From Camelus dromedarius (Eukaryota), in the NCBI RefSeq assembly GCF_036321535.1, contig NC_087437.1, positions 11,100,001-11,164,000 of the forward strand: a stretch of DNA of 64,000 bases. The letters run 5' to 3'. This document shows, in pieces, positions 1 to 11,955 of the stretch. The notes under the pieces were generated by a model. It did not search any database and had not been told where the DNA came from. It saw nothing but the letters and a program-made list of their open reading frames with translations. Position numbers and translations under genes: made by a program. Within the stretch, counting starts at the first letter, position 1. Each line of letters starts with the position of its first letter.

Positions 1-999
1 AGTCGGACATTCCCTTCACTGCTTCCTCAGTGCCTTTTTGTTAAAAATGCAGGCGCTCCACAGGTTGCTATGAAACATCTTAAATTAACAACAGGTGAAG
101 TTACTCGTCGCAGGTGTGGGTGGAAGACACGCGGGGAAATCAGCGTCCAGGGTACCAATGAGGGCCTGACTGCAATGTGTCTGCACCGCGGTTCAGCTGT
201 ACCTGTTGTTTGGGAAATCTGCAGTGTGTACTTGAGAACATAGTGGGACTCCCGGAGCTGTGAGAGTTCTGCACCCCTGGGACCTGAGTCCACAAGAACA
301 GGAATTTTTGTTCTGTTCACATTATTCCCAATCACAGAAAAGTGCCTGATGCAAGCACTAAGTATTTGTTGAATGTATGACCCAACGGGAACATTATACA
401 GTAAATGCCAGGCAATCAATTCTTCACTCAAAGTGGAATGCTTACTGCACACCGACCAGAACACGTCAGTCACAGCTCTGGGGAGGGGAGGAGGGGACAT
501 CCAGATGTTCAGACAGTGACTCTTAAGATGATGGGAAAGTGGAGGAAGGGCAGCAAGGGTTGTCAGAGGGGCCTCTGGGCCATTGCTGTGTTCCCGCCTT
601 TAACTTGAGCTCTCGGTGCTCCAATTAAGGCCCTGCCTTCCTGGCAGGATGGGAGAGCAGGCCCCAGAGCTCCGCTTTCCCGGCACATCTCATAATCCTC
701 CATTTCTGAGCAGAAGCCCTCCTGTCATTCCCCGCCCAGATTTTCATCCCTGTGTGTATCTCCTAGTCTAGCCTTCCTCTCCCTCACTTCCCCAGTTGCA
801 GAAGCTGTCCCACTTTGCCCCTAGACTTCAATAAAATCCCTTCCCTACGTCCCCCAGCTCTGCGCCCCCTTCTTGCCTCCTGGAAGGAGGCTCAGCACTG
901 CGGTACTCCCACGGCGCGCTGGGGGAGCTCTGGTGTCGTCCTCATCTCAGCGCTGCCTCCGACCACGTCCCTCCCTGAAAACCCTCAAACTGAAGGTGG

Positions 1000-2350
1000 C
1001 TGCTACTGGTCTACGGCACCTGCTACCTGCTCCTCAGCCCACACGCTACCTTTCCTGTAATTCCTAGTGACTTCACTGGCCACATGGATGACCCTTCCAG
1101 TAACCTTTGCTTTCAGTTCTTCTCTAAAGACCTTAATTATCCTCCTGACCTCAGCCATTCACTCCCATGAACACATCTAGCTCTTGCCATTGTTCCTGCT
1201 CCCCTCTGATCTCAATTCCAGGAACCGGCTCTGACCTCTCCCTTCCAGTTCTAAACACCCCAAGGCCCACGATCCCCTGGCTCCACTCCCCTTATCACTG
1301 TCCTTCAACCTCTCTCGTGTCCTCAGTCCCTCACCCAGCTTAGATCCTTTTAATTCATTCCGTTGCCTCATTACTGCATTGTGTTCACCTGGTAAACCCC
1401 TTTGTTAAGTTTAACTCTTACCCTTGCTTTTTGCCCACACCATTTACTGACCGTGGCTCAAGAAAAACGCAACCCTGCTGGCTGGTCCCAGTTCGTACCG
1501 CCAGCCTGAAGTGAGATGGTGTTCTCCAGCAAACACATCACATTTCCTCCGTTTCCTCTGTAACCAGACAGCATATCCCACCTGGGCCCTCCCCCAGCAT
1601 CCGGCATCTCATCTTCCTTCCCCCTCCTTACCCTCAGCCAATGTCTTTACTGTTTCAGCAAGAATACAGAAGCAATCAGAAGGGGAAGTTCCCCATGCAT
1701 CTACCCACATCGAACAACCCTATGGTCTTCTAAGCCTATGTGTGCCTCCTCTGGAACCATCCTCTTTAACCTGGACATGGATATCACTCCATCAGTCATC
1801 CCTTCTCTCCTGCATGTTAATTTTCTTCTCCACTGAGTCATTCCCGTTCTCACACAAACACAATGATCTCTCTCATCTAAAACACAAAACCTTTTCACAT
1901 ATCCTTCTCCGGCTCCTCTCTATTCCCCTTTATGGGACGATATATTCACTCTGTGACTCAAAACACTTTGAAAGAGCTAAGTTTTCAGTGCTCAGTTCTC
2001 TCACATCCAGGCCACAGAACTGGTCTCTGTTTACTAGAACTGTTCTTGTTAAGATCTCCAAGTTACCTAAGGCTGGTCACGTCTTCATCCTCAGCTTTTC
2101 TGATCTATCTTCAGCCTTGACGTAGCTTGGGCACTCCCTACTTTTAAAGTGCTGACTAGACTTGCCTTCTGGGGCATCGTTACCTCTTGGTTTCCCTCTT
2201 ACCTCACTGGCCACTTCTTAGACTCCTTTGCTGGCTTCTCCTCAGTTCTCCAACTGGTAAATGCTGCAGTGCTCCGGGGCAACAGCATTTCAGCTAAACT
2301 CTGAGCTTCTCACATCCCCTCCTCACCGTCTCCTGTCAGCACAGCATCCC
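1000..2350 (+). mobile_element. L2 LINE remnant (RT region)
   Basis: Pyrimidine-rich L2-like sequence; ORF 1511..2125 ends FILSFSDLSSALT, a decayed form of the L2 RT motif LILLDLSAAFD; boundaries approximate. Confidence 0.65.
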
Positions 2351-2379
2351 AAGTGACCGTTTTAAAACAAATCAGAAGA

Positions 2380-3060
2380 TGCTCAACTTCATTCATATCA
2401 AGGAAAGTGAAACTATTAAAATACCGTTTCACCCAGAAGAGTCACAAAATCCAAAAATTTAACCACACGTTGTTAAGACTGAAGACACAGGCATTTTCAT
2501 ACCATTCCTATGGGCGGTAACTTGGTAAGATGTTTATCCTTGACTCAAGAACCCCATCTCTGCTGACTGATGTAATTACAACTACCCTAAATTGTACAGA
2601 ATAATAAATCATAAGATTGTTCACTGCAGCACAGTTCATAATAATGGCTGGAGGTAACCTAAGTGTCCATCAATTTGGGACTGGCTAAATAAGTTACCAT
2701 ACATCTTTATCCACATGATGAATACTGTGCATCAGTGTAAAAAAAGGCATCTGAGTATTGTTATGGAAAGGACTCCAAGATATATTATATGAGAAATACA
2801 GGGTGCTGAACAATATGTTATACCTTTGGTACAACAAAGAGGGAAAAGTAAGATACATATATTTCTATTTGCTTCTATTTATATAAAGAAACTTTGGAAG
2901 GACACCCCTAAACTAGTGAAGTGGTAAAATATAAAAAAGGCATGCTTGAGGTACAGGAACTTAAGGGGTGAGAACTGGAGTTCACCAGAGTCTTTTTATA
3001 CATTTTAATTTTTGAATCATGTGCAAACATTACCCATTTGTTTTTTTAGAAAGCAAATAT
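2380..3060 (+). mobile_element. Ancient L1 (L1ME-like) 3' fragment
   Basis: aacctaagtgtccatcaatttgggactggctaaataag motif typical of the old L1 ORF2 end/3'UTR. Confidence 0.6.
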
Positions 3061-3829
3061 GAAAATAAACAAGTGCAACCCAAGCTACATCATGTCATTC
3101 TGTCATTCCTTTGCTTCCAGTCCAAAGTGTCGCCCTCACCTCCTACCACACTCCCCCCGGCCGCCCATTCTGGCCTCGGTGCCGTCCCTCAACATGACAA
3201 GCTCCTGCCGCCCCCTGCGCCCGCTGGTGCCTCCACCCTCCAGACACCAGCATGGCTCTCTCCCTCATGTCCTTCAGATCTGTTAGTCACCTTATCAGGG
3301 AGGCCTTCCCAGATCACCGGACAGAAAACAGTACCCTCACTCCCCACCCCACTCAGCTTCCTTTCCTACACAGCATCCCCCTTCACTGCCTCCCCTCTCC
3401 CGCCCCCAGGCCGAAGCTTTACGGGAGTGGGGACTCTTACCCACCGCCTTCCCTGCACCTCACCACCTCACCGAGAACAGGCAATGCTGAATGAACGTGC
3501 TGCTTAAATCCCCGTAACAACCATGGGAGGAAGGTACTGCTATCATCCTCGTTCTACAGATAAGGAAACTGAGGCAGAAAGGGTGAGAAGCAGAACCAAG
3601 ATTCAAGTGTCACGTATATGAGGGTTTCACTGAACTATTCTTTCAACTTTGTGGGGGCAGGAAGGGGATCTAGAGGCTACTCCAGAAGGTAAGAACAGCA
3701 CTTCTCTGTCTCAGTGGGGAAGATGGGAAACGCGGGGAGGGGAGCATTCATTACTTGCCTTTCATATCTTTTGAAGATTGAACCTTATGAATGTTATCTA
3801 TTCACAAAGTAAGTGAGTATTCAAAATAA

Positions 3830-4330
3830 TAAAAATAAGTGAAATATCAACAACCCTGATGTCCTTCAACAGGTGAATGGTTAAATAAACTTTGGTACAT
3901 ACATACATACCATGGAATACCGGCCAGCCATACAAGAGCGAATGACGGATACACACAACCACCTGGATGACTCTCCGAAGGAAAAAAGCTGACACCAAAA
4001 GGTTACAGACTGTGTGGTTCCATTTATGTTAACACTCTTGAAGTGACAAGGTCACAGAAATGGAGGACAGATCAGTGTTTGCCAACGGCTAAGGAGGGAG
4101 GCGGGATGGGAGGGAAACGCGCGGCCATAAGAGGTAACATGAGGGGTCCCTGTAGCGACGGCCACGTTCCCGACTGCACGCGTGTCAGTATCTCGCTTGT
4201 GTTACTCTACTACGGTTCTGCACTGTGTTAGCACTGGGGAAAGCTGGGTAAGGGATCTCTACTATTTCTTAAAATTGCAAGTGAATCTACAATTATCTCA
4301 AAATTAAAAATTTAACATAAAAAAATATAT
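3830..4330 (+). mobile_element. Old L1 (L1MC/MD-like) 3' fragment
   Basis: caaccctgatgtccttcaacaggtgaatggttaaataaactttggtac ... gtgaatctacaattatctcaaaattaaaaa, then A-rich tail. Confidence 0.65.
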
Positions 4331-5028
4331 ATACAAATTAGGTTAAGAACATCTGGCCGGTGCTGCTAACCAGCTCATCATGTAGTGCCCTGGACAATGA
4401 GGACTCAGCCATGAGAAGACCTGGAGAGAGATCTGCGGTAAGAGGTCCAGGCAGGGGAGCCAGCAACGGAGAAGGGGAACAAAATGCTTATGCTGGAAAA
4501 ACAGAAAGGAGACCAGCGTCGCTGGAGCACAGTGACAGGAACAGAATGCCAAAGATGAAAAGAACAGATCCAGGCCAGATCATCTAAGGCCTTACAGACC
4601 ATACAAAGAACCTTATTTTCAAATGGTAAATGGATAGAATCCAGTAATGATTTATTAGTTTTTTTTTTTTCCCATTTCTTTCCTCCCACCTTTTTTAAAG
4701 GCTGAAGATAATCCTATTTATCCAGGGATACAATAAAAAGCTCTAGGAAATGGTGATCCCAAATAATACGAAATGAACTATGTAGTATTTAAGATATGGA
4801 GTCATTAAAATCCAACTTGTACATGGTGACAAGTAAAGGTAGAAGTCAAATGCTGGTCCTGGTTGAACTCAGTCAGCCCTGTATTTCCAGGGCTAAGAAA
4901 AATATGACGATTACAGATACTGTGAATACAACTTAATGCTTCTGTAATATTTCAATTACCCAAAAGTTCATGCTACAATTTAAACAGTGCTGTAATTCAT
5001 AGTTGACATTGTTAACATACCCACTTAC

Positions 5029-5270
5029 CTCTTTTTTGTCTTTGAACTTATCAATTTCTTTCTTCAGAAGCTCCACTCTTTGAAAGGATTCAAGGTTATT
5101 CACACTGTACACAAGAACAAAGCCATCAGCAAATGAAAAATAATGCTTCGGCAGCTCCACGCCTTCCTGTAGGCCTCTGGTGTCATAGAGATGTAACTGT
5201 TCCTTTACCCCCCGATCCGTTTCCACTGAAGCCATATACACATCCTCCATTGTTTCACAGTCTTCCATTC
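5029..5270 (-). CDS. NKIRAS1: NKIRAS1 (kappaB-Ras1) second coding exon, 242 nt
   Basis: Translates (G)[36 protein letters not shown]...DKFKDKKE; acceptor ttaatcccag and donor GAG|gtaagt; 94+242=336 nt keeps frame; final coding exon not in the window. Confidence 0.97.
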
Positions 5271-6966
5271 CTGGGATTAAAAAGAAACTACTTTTATATA
5301 TACAAATAACAATCACTACGTTATTCACCTGAAACTAATACAATGTTATATCAATTATACTTCAGTTTTTAACAAAGCAATTACTCTTTTTGGATAACTC
5401 AGTACCAACTGTTGCGTATTTTCTTGGCCTTTAGAAGTTGGTTTTCTAGGTTCCATATTTACTACATACAAGAATCATATTTCCACTTACTAATTTCTTT
5501 AAAATGAAAGGTAGTTGTTACAGTAAATGAACAAAGTGCTTTTTAAAAAATATTTCTTCTGTGTAGAAATAAAAGTCATAAAAATTTGGCAATGAGATTT
5601 ACTATTACCTATTTTTTAAAAGGGACTTTCAAGAGTCAAAGAACTTAATATCTAAATAAGAGAATCAAAGGCTGCTTTTCTTCTTCGTCAGAGCCAAGGA
5701 CAGGACCTGGGTAAATTTGATTTTTCTCTGTAAAACTTCCACTATTTCTAGGGTCTGTTTAAAGAACTCAAAAATTCACATGTCCAGGCTGGGTCTAGGC
5801 ACTAGACCTTAATTCCCAAGTACCTACTGTGCACCTTTGTACGAATGTCCTTTGAGTACTTCAAACTAACAAGTTCCTCCCCACACTTGTCACCTGTTCC
5901 TCCCCCTTGCTTCTGTCCCTTGATCACCTCCACCTGGTCAGTCTTCAGCGTTCTCTCTGAACAAGGAAAGTATGGGTGAGAGTTATCGTGTATCAGCGAC
6001 TCTGCTGCTGGGACGTCTGCTCCATCCACTGCCTCCTTCCATTCCCACTGGCACAAGCCCTTAACAGTACCTCCACCTGAACTACGTCACCTGAACCACA
6101 CAAGCCAGTAAGGATACCTTCACCAGAACTCCTGCAGTAGCTCAGGAAACACCTGGTAAAAGCCCCCTATCCTTTCCAGACTCTGCTGAAATATCAACCC
6201 CGTGGATCTTCTCCTGACTATCCATTCTCCTCCGTTCTGCTCTTACTGTGCCTTGTACGGGGACTGCCATTTTATACTTAAATCTTCTCCTATCTGTCCC
6301 CTCCGAAGCTAGAGTGCAAACACACTGCAGAGTCAGGACTGTGGCTAATCTATCTTCATAGCTCTGAGGACTAACAAATTGACCTACATACGTGGAAAGT
6401 CCTTAGTAAATGTCTGAATGAATGAATAAATGAGTGAGCTCATAACTGATGTCCCAATTCCATCCCCTGCTTGCCTGACTGATGAGCCTTTTAAAATGCA
6501 TTTTACTTTGCCCTATTTGTGCAGGTTTTGTCTCTTCAACTAGTCTGTAACTTCCCTGAGAGACAAACAAACCTTTCTGTGTGCACAGCAAGTATTCAAT
6601 AACCATTTGTTGCCAAGGGGATTAAGGTGAGAAGATTAACAACCTGAACTGTACTGATTAGGGAGAGAGAAGATAGGTATGGTATGGCCCCACTTTTAAC
6701 TACGAGCTATCCAGAGGTAAAACCATCTGGACAATATTCTGTACCACTAAAACACTCTATATTACAGGTTGTGAAAAACTGGCTGTAGTTTTCCTAAACC
6801 TAAATATTGTAGCATGATTTGTGACATGTGCCATACATGAAATATAAATAAAATCTCCCAAAAGCATTAGATTAAAAGGAATAATCATGTAAGGATAAAC
6901 AGGCTGGCTCATGAGAAACCAAAAATTTACTTTCATCAGCATAATTCTTTACATTAAGAAATGTTT

Positions 6967-7109
6967 GGAGGAAGGGTATAGCTCAAGCGGTAGAGCACAT
7001 GCTTAGCACACACAAGGTCCTGGGTTCAATCCCCAGTACCTCCTCTAAAAATAAATAAGTAAACCTAACTACCTACACCCAAAATAAATAAATAAAACTT
7101 TTTTGTTTA
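6967..7109 (+). mobile_element. Camelid tRNA-derived SINE (vic-1-like)
   Basis: A box tagctcaagcggtagag, B box ggttcaatcccc, A-rich tail; TSD aagaaatgttt at 6956-6966 and 7110-7120. Confidence 0.9.
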
Positions 7110-7447
7110 AAGAAATGTTTGATGTTTAGTAGGGGAAAATTATTTACAGGTTTGAGTATATCATCCCGTGATAAAGTAATATCTTAAGGAAATTAAAGGT
7201 TCTTCTATGAAGACACAAACTTACTGAGCTTTGATTATAAAAAAAATTTAAAGGCAAAAACCATAAAGACTTTTGTTGTGGTGGATGTTTTATCCACTAA
7301 AAGCCAGTCTGGTTCCCTTCCTCCCCCACTTAAGAAATTCTGTTCCGCTATAAATCAGGCGAAGTTCCGACTCCTCACCAGCTCGCCCGACCTCCTCTCC
7401 TACTCCATACTGCCGGCCCCTACTGCTCCACCACACCAGCGGAAGAC

Positions 7448-7563
7448 TAAGGATGCAGGAGGTCCTGGGTTCGATCCCCAGTACCTCTTCTAAAAATAAA
7501 TAAGTAAATACACCTAATAACCACTACCCCCACCAAAATTTTTTTTTAATTAGAAAAAAAAAA
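7448..7563 (+). mobile_element. 5'-truncated vic-1-like SINE
   Basis: gaggtcctgggttcgatccccagtacctc plus tail; A-box half absent. Confidence 0.8.
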
Positions 7564-7742
7564 GGTGTTTTTTCCTTGCCCCAAATTTTCCCCCTCAATC
7601 TCTGTTGACTTCTATGACCATTCTGGTCCCTCTGGAGCACACATCACTTGTGTGCCACCTTCCATCTTAGGTTAGTATGACCAACACAAGACCCCTAGCA
7701 GTTTCCAGAACCTACAGAGAAATTAAGGAAAAATAATCTTAC

Positions 7743-7836
7743 CAATAGTGTGATTCCCATAAAGAAGCTGCTCCAAAATTGCCGTTTTTCCCACAGAGAG
7801 CAAGCCACAAACCACAACCTTACAGCCTTTTCCCAT
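7743..7836 (-). CDS. NKIRAS1: NKIRAS1 first coding exon (exon 7743-7853; 94 coding nt)
   Basis: ATG at 7836; [31 protein letters not shown](G) with Ras P-loop GxxxVGKT; acceptor ctctttacag, donor TTG|gtaag. Confidence 0.97.
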
Positions 7837-8336
7837 TTTCTCTTAGGATGTCACTGTAAAGAGAATAGAAGACCTTTAAAATTGTGTAGTTAAAAATCAA
7901 CCTTCTCTTTTTCTTTCTATGTTTAAATTTAATAAGTAACACGTACAAAGGGGGAAATTTCAAATATAAAAAAGATACACAAAATAAGGTATAGCCTTCC
8001 AAACCCCATTCCTGCTCTCCCACTGGTTTCCTTAGAGCAATCAGTGTTACTGGTCTCCTATCTATCTCTGCAGAAGTAAGCTAGGAAAACAAGACGACGT
8101 TATAGATAAGAATATGTTTGTTTTCAAAAAGAATAAACATATTTTACACAAAGAATATTTCAATACTAATTAAGTCTACAGAAATCCAAACTGAATCCTA
8201 GATGAAAATAATCCTTGAAAGACTGCCTGCTCATCTGTATTTACCTAGAAAAGTAAGCAAGATGTAAAAATATAAGGAGGCATGAAGATAAAAATCTGGA
8301 TAGAAAATGGACGTAATTTTTTAAAGAAGCATTAAC

Positions 8337-8459
8337 ACTATCAATGCTTCTGTCAGTCTTTTCTCAGGAGAGTGAGAAATTGAATTTTGGTCTCTTTTAG
8401 TCAGACTTCTCTTTGAGTCATAGTTCTTCAAGCCAGAAAAACTGATCAGGCACTTTAAA
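8337..8459 (-). other. NKIRAS1: Candidate NKIRAS1 5'UTR exon
   Basis: Strong acceptor ttttccttttcttttag ending at 8460; donor uncertain (weak GTs at 8338 and 8336, or AG|gtaaat near 8244). Confidence 0.4.
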
Positions 8460-8931
8460 CTAAAAGAAAAGGAAAACTTATTTCTCCCAGCTTCCTAACA
8501 CATCCAAGGAAGAGCAAGGTTGGGTAACATTTTCTTCAGTTTTCCTCAAAACTTTTATTTTCTGGAAGGCAAGATACCAGAAGCCAAGACAGAGAGGAAA
8601 AAAAGGCTCATTAAATGTAGCAGAATAATCTGGTAAGAGAATTTAAATTTCCACATTGCCTCTGCCATCTCCCACCACCTCCTTATTTCCAATTCTCTCA
8701 CCTGGCAGTGTGGAACTTGCAATAACTGACTGAAAGGGAGGCCACAGCTCCTTAAAGTCAGAAAACAACAAGAAAGTTCAAATAAGCATTCAAATAAAAG
8801 CGGTGGTGGGCATCTTTCTGTATGCGTGTATGTTGCACATTACTGTTTTTTTTTTAACCAACAGCTAAAATATTAAGCAACAAATGAACTTCCTTTAAGT
8901 CTTCTCTACTTTGTTTTCTCAAAGTCTGTAA

Positions 8932-10264
8932 CTTTTTTATTAAGGTAGAGTTGATTTACAATGAGTTTCAGGTGTACAACATAGTGATTCACAATTTTTA
9001 ATTATACTCCATTTATAGTTATTGTAAAATATTGGCTATATTCCTTGTGCTGTACAATATACCCTTGTAGCTTATTTACTTTATACATAGTAGTTTGCAC
9101 ATCTTAATCCCCTACACCTATCTTGTCCCTCCCCCTTTTTTCTCCCCCCTGGTAATTAGTTTGTTCTCAGTATGTGTGAGTCTGTTTCTTTTTTGTTATG
9201 TTCATTCATTTGGGGTTTTTTTTAGATTCCACATATGAGTGATAACATATAGTATATGTCTTTCTCTGACTTATTTCAGTAAGCCTATTACCCTCCAGGT
9301 CCATCCATGTTGTTGCATCTTTATGTCTGAGTAATATTCCACTGTGTGTATAAATATGTATATACACACACACACACACACACCCCTTCTTTATACATTC
9401 ATTTGTTGATGGACACTTAGGTTGCTTCCAAAGCTCAGCTATTGTAAATAATACCGCTATGAAGGCTGGGATGCATGTATCTTTTCCAGTTAGTGTTTTT
9501 GTTTTCTTCAAATATACACCCAGGAGTGGAATTGCTGGGTCATATGGAAGTTCTATTTTTAGTTTTTTGAGGAACCTCCACACTGTTTTCCACAGTGGCT
9601 GCAATCCCCCCCGACAGTGTACAAGTATTCCTTTCTCCGCATCATCACCAACATTTGTTATTTGTAGTCTCTGATGACAGCCATTCTGACAGGTGTGACA
9701 TGGTATCTCTCTGTGGCTTTGATTGGCATTTCTCTGATGATTAATGATGTTGAGCATCTTTTTCATGTGCCTGTTAGCCATCAGTATGGCTTCTTTGAAA
9801 ATGTCTATTCAAGTCTTCTGCCCACTTTTTAATTTTCTTTATATTGAGTTGTATGAGTTACATTTTGAATATTAACCCCTTATCAGTCATAGCATTTGCA
9901 AATACATTCTCTGATTCAGTAGGTTGTCTTTTCATTTCATTGATGCTTTCCTCTGCTGTGCAAAAGCTTTTAATTAGCTTCCATTTGTTTACTTTTTGTT
10001 TCCTTTGCCTTATGAGGCAGATTTTTTTAAATGCTGCTAAGATTTATGCCAGAGTGTTCTGCCTATGTCTTCTAGGAACTTTATGGCTTCTGGTCTTACA
10101 TTTAGGTCTTTAATCCATTTTGAGTTTATTTTTGTATACAGTGTTAGAAAATGTTCCAATTTCATTCTTTTACATGTAGCTGTCCAGTTTTCCTAGCACT
10201 GCTTATTGAAGAGACTGTTTTTCCTCCATTGTATATTCTTGCCTCCTTTGTCATAGACTAATTG
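8932..10264 (-). mobile_element. 5'-truncated L1 (ORF2 C-terminus + 3'UTR)
   Basis: Minus-strand ORF 9206..9781 has [29 protein letters not shown] tcaaagtctgtaa at 8919-8931 and 10265-10277. Confidence 0.93.
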
Positions 10265-11712
10265 TCAAAGTCTGTAATTTTTTATGACCTAAATCAGACA
10301 AAGCACATATCTCCTGACAGGAAAATTGTAATGATACCATTACTGTGGTGCCGTAATAACACAGCACTCATTTCCAGAGCAGTATACTACATTTAACCAG
10401 TAGATAAATAGTCTCTTACGTGATATAACTATTATTTCCTGGGTGGCACGCTTGGGCTCCTTCTGATAAATCTTCTCAATAATATTTATCACTTGCTTCC
10501 AGGAAAACCACTTCTCTTAGGGAATTTCCTTTTTATTTTTCAGTGTAAGTGCAACAGAAAAATTCTCAGTCTTTATAAGGGCAGAGTTTTGTGTAACGCT
10601 GATCATCTATGGTAGGGTATCACCTACGTCGGCAACTATGGCCCATCCGACAAGGTTTTCCATGCATACTTCTGAATTTGATTAATGTTATCTCCTTTAT
10701 CATAGGATTCCACTCTCTATATATTGTGGTCTCCTGTAAGTTATACCATTGAATCTTTCTTTCTAAGAGTTTTTAATAACAGTTGCCACCTAACCACACG
10801 AGAAGAAGGTAAGAAAGAAATCTTCTGGAGTATAAGAAAAATGATGGCAGCAACAGAACAACTCTGTTGTTCAAAAAGGTTGCTGCTGGAATCTAAATTC
10901 TGGTTTTTCTATTATTATTGCCCTTCCTCTGAAATTGTCTTAGCCCCAGTAGAATTTCTACATACCAATCCTTACTTCCTCACCCCTTTCTATTAAATCA
11001 AAAAAAAAAAAAAAAAGTCCCTTTACCACAAATTATATCAATCTTCAAAAAAAACCCCAGTGCTTTACAAGGGCAGGTACATACTGTAGTTGAGTGAAGC
11101 AGCAGTTTTAAGGAAAGAACATCCCATGATTAACAGCAATAGACTCTCTGTGAAAGGGAAGCAAATAAGAATGCTGGGGACTGAGGCGAACTGAAAAAAT
11201 GCTGAAATCCACAGAATCCAGAAATCAAAAATTCCTGAGGGTCTTTGGAAGTGGTCTCAATATACCTGCTTTAAAAGGGATATACTACAATTGTACTTTC
11301 TTCACTCATGATACTAGGATTAGCAGAGAGAGTTTGATTTAAAATATGCATTATTTTGTATTTGTGTGTGTGTAAAATAAATTGGGGGATTTATTTCAGG
11401 ATTTCAGAGAAGATCTCATCAAGGGCAAACAGTAAAAGTAACTGAAAAGAGGTAACTCTAACCCTAGGTAAAGATTTTAAGGTTTTTTTAGGAAGGAGAG
11501 AGAAGGAAAGAAATACGACCGGGAAGAACATGTTAAATATTTTATAGCATCAAAAAGCAAACAGAGACGAAAGGGTAAGTGTGATTAATCAAAGCACACC
11601 TGAAGCATTCTAGGTTCCTAGGTGTCTTCAAATGGAAAACAACAATACTACATAAAACTGAAGATCTGCTACATAAAACCTGTTTCACATCAATTAAAAA
11701 GTATGAATTCTT

Positions 11713-11770
11713 TTTTTTTTTTTTGGTTCTTGGGTTTTTATTGGATCAGGAGGGGTCTGGGTAAAAGTAG
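11713..11770 (-). pseudogene. Micro retrocopy of an unidentified polyadenylated RNA 3' end
   Basis: Minus strand has about 46 nt of unique sequence with AATAAA, then a poly(A) run; flanked by gaattctt at 11705-11712 and 11771-11778. Confidence 0.55.
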
Positions 11771-11778
11771 GAATTCTT

Positions 11779-11955
11779 GAGGTACAAACTACTATGTATA
11801 AAATAAACAAGCTACAAGGATACACTGTACAGCACAGGGAATATAACCAATATTTTACAATAACTATAAATAGAATATAACTAAAAATTTGAATCACTGT
11901 CATACACCTGAAACTTACATAATCTTGTAAATCAACCATACCTCAATAAAAGTAA
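11779..11955 (+). mobile_element. L1 3'UTR fragment
   Basis: ggtacaaactactatgtataaaataaacaagctacaagga...tgtaaatcaaccatacctcaataaaa; same family as the 3' end of the L1 at 8932. Confidence 0.8.

Noticed and set aside
1511..2125. 204-aa ORF
   Set aside because: Decayed L2 reverse-transcriptase sequence, not a gene.
6380..6390. Perfect RORE (TATGTAGGTCA, minus strand)
   Set aside because: Isolated 11-mer in repeat-like DNA 35 kb from NR1D2; plausible by chance in 64 kb.
9206..9781. 191-aa minus-strand ORF
   Set aside because: Frameshifted L1 ORF2 C-terminus.
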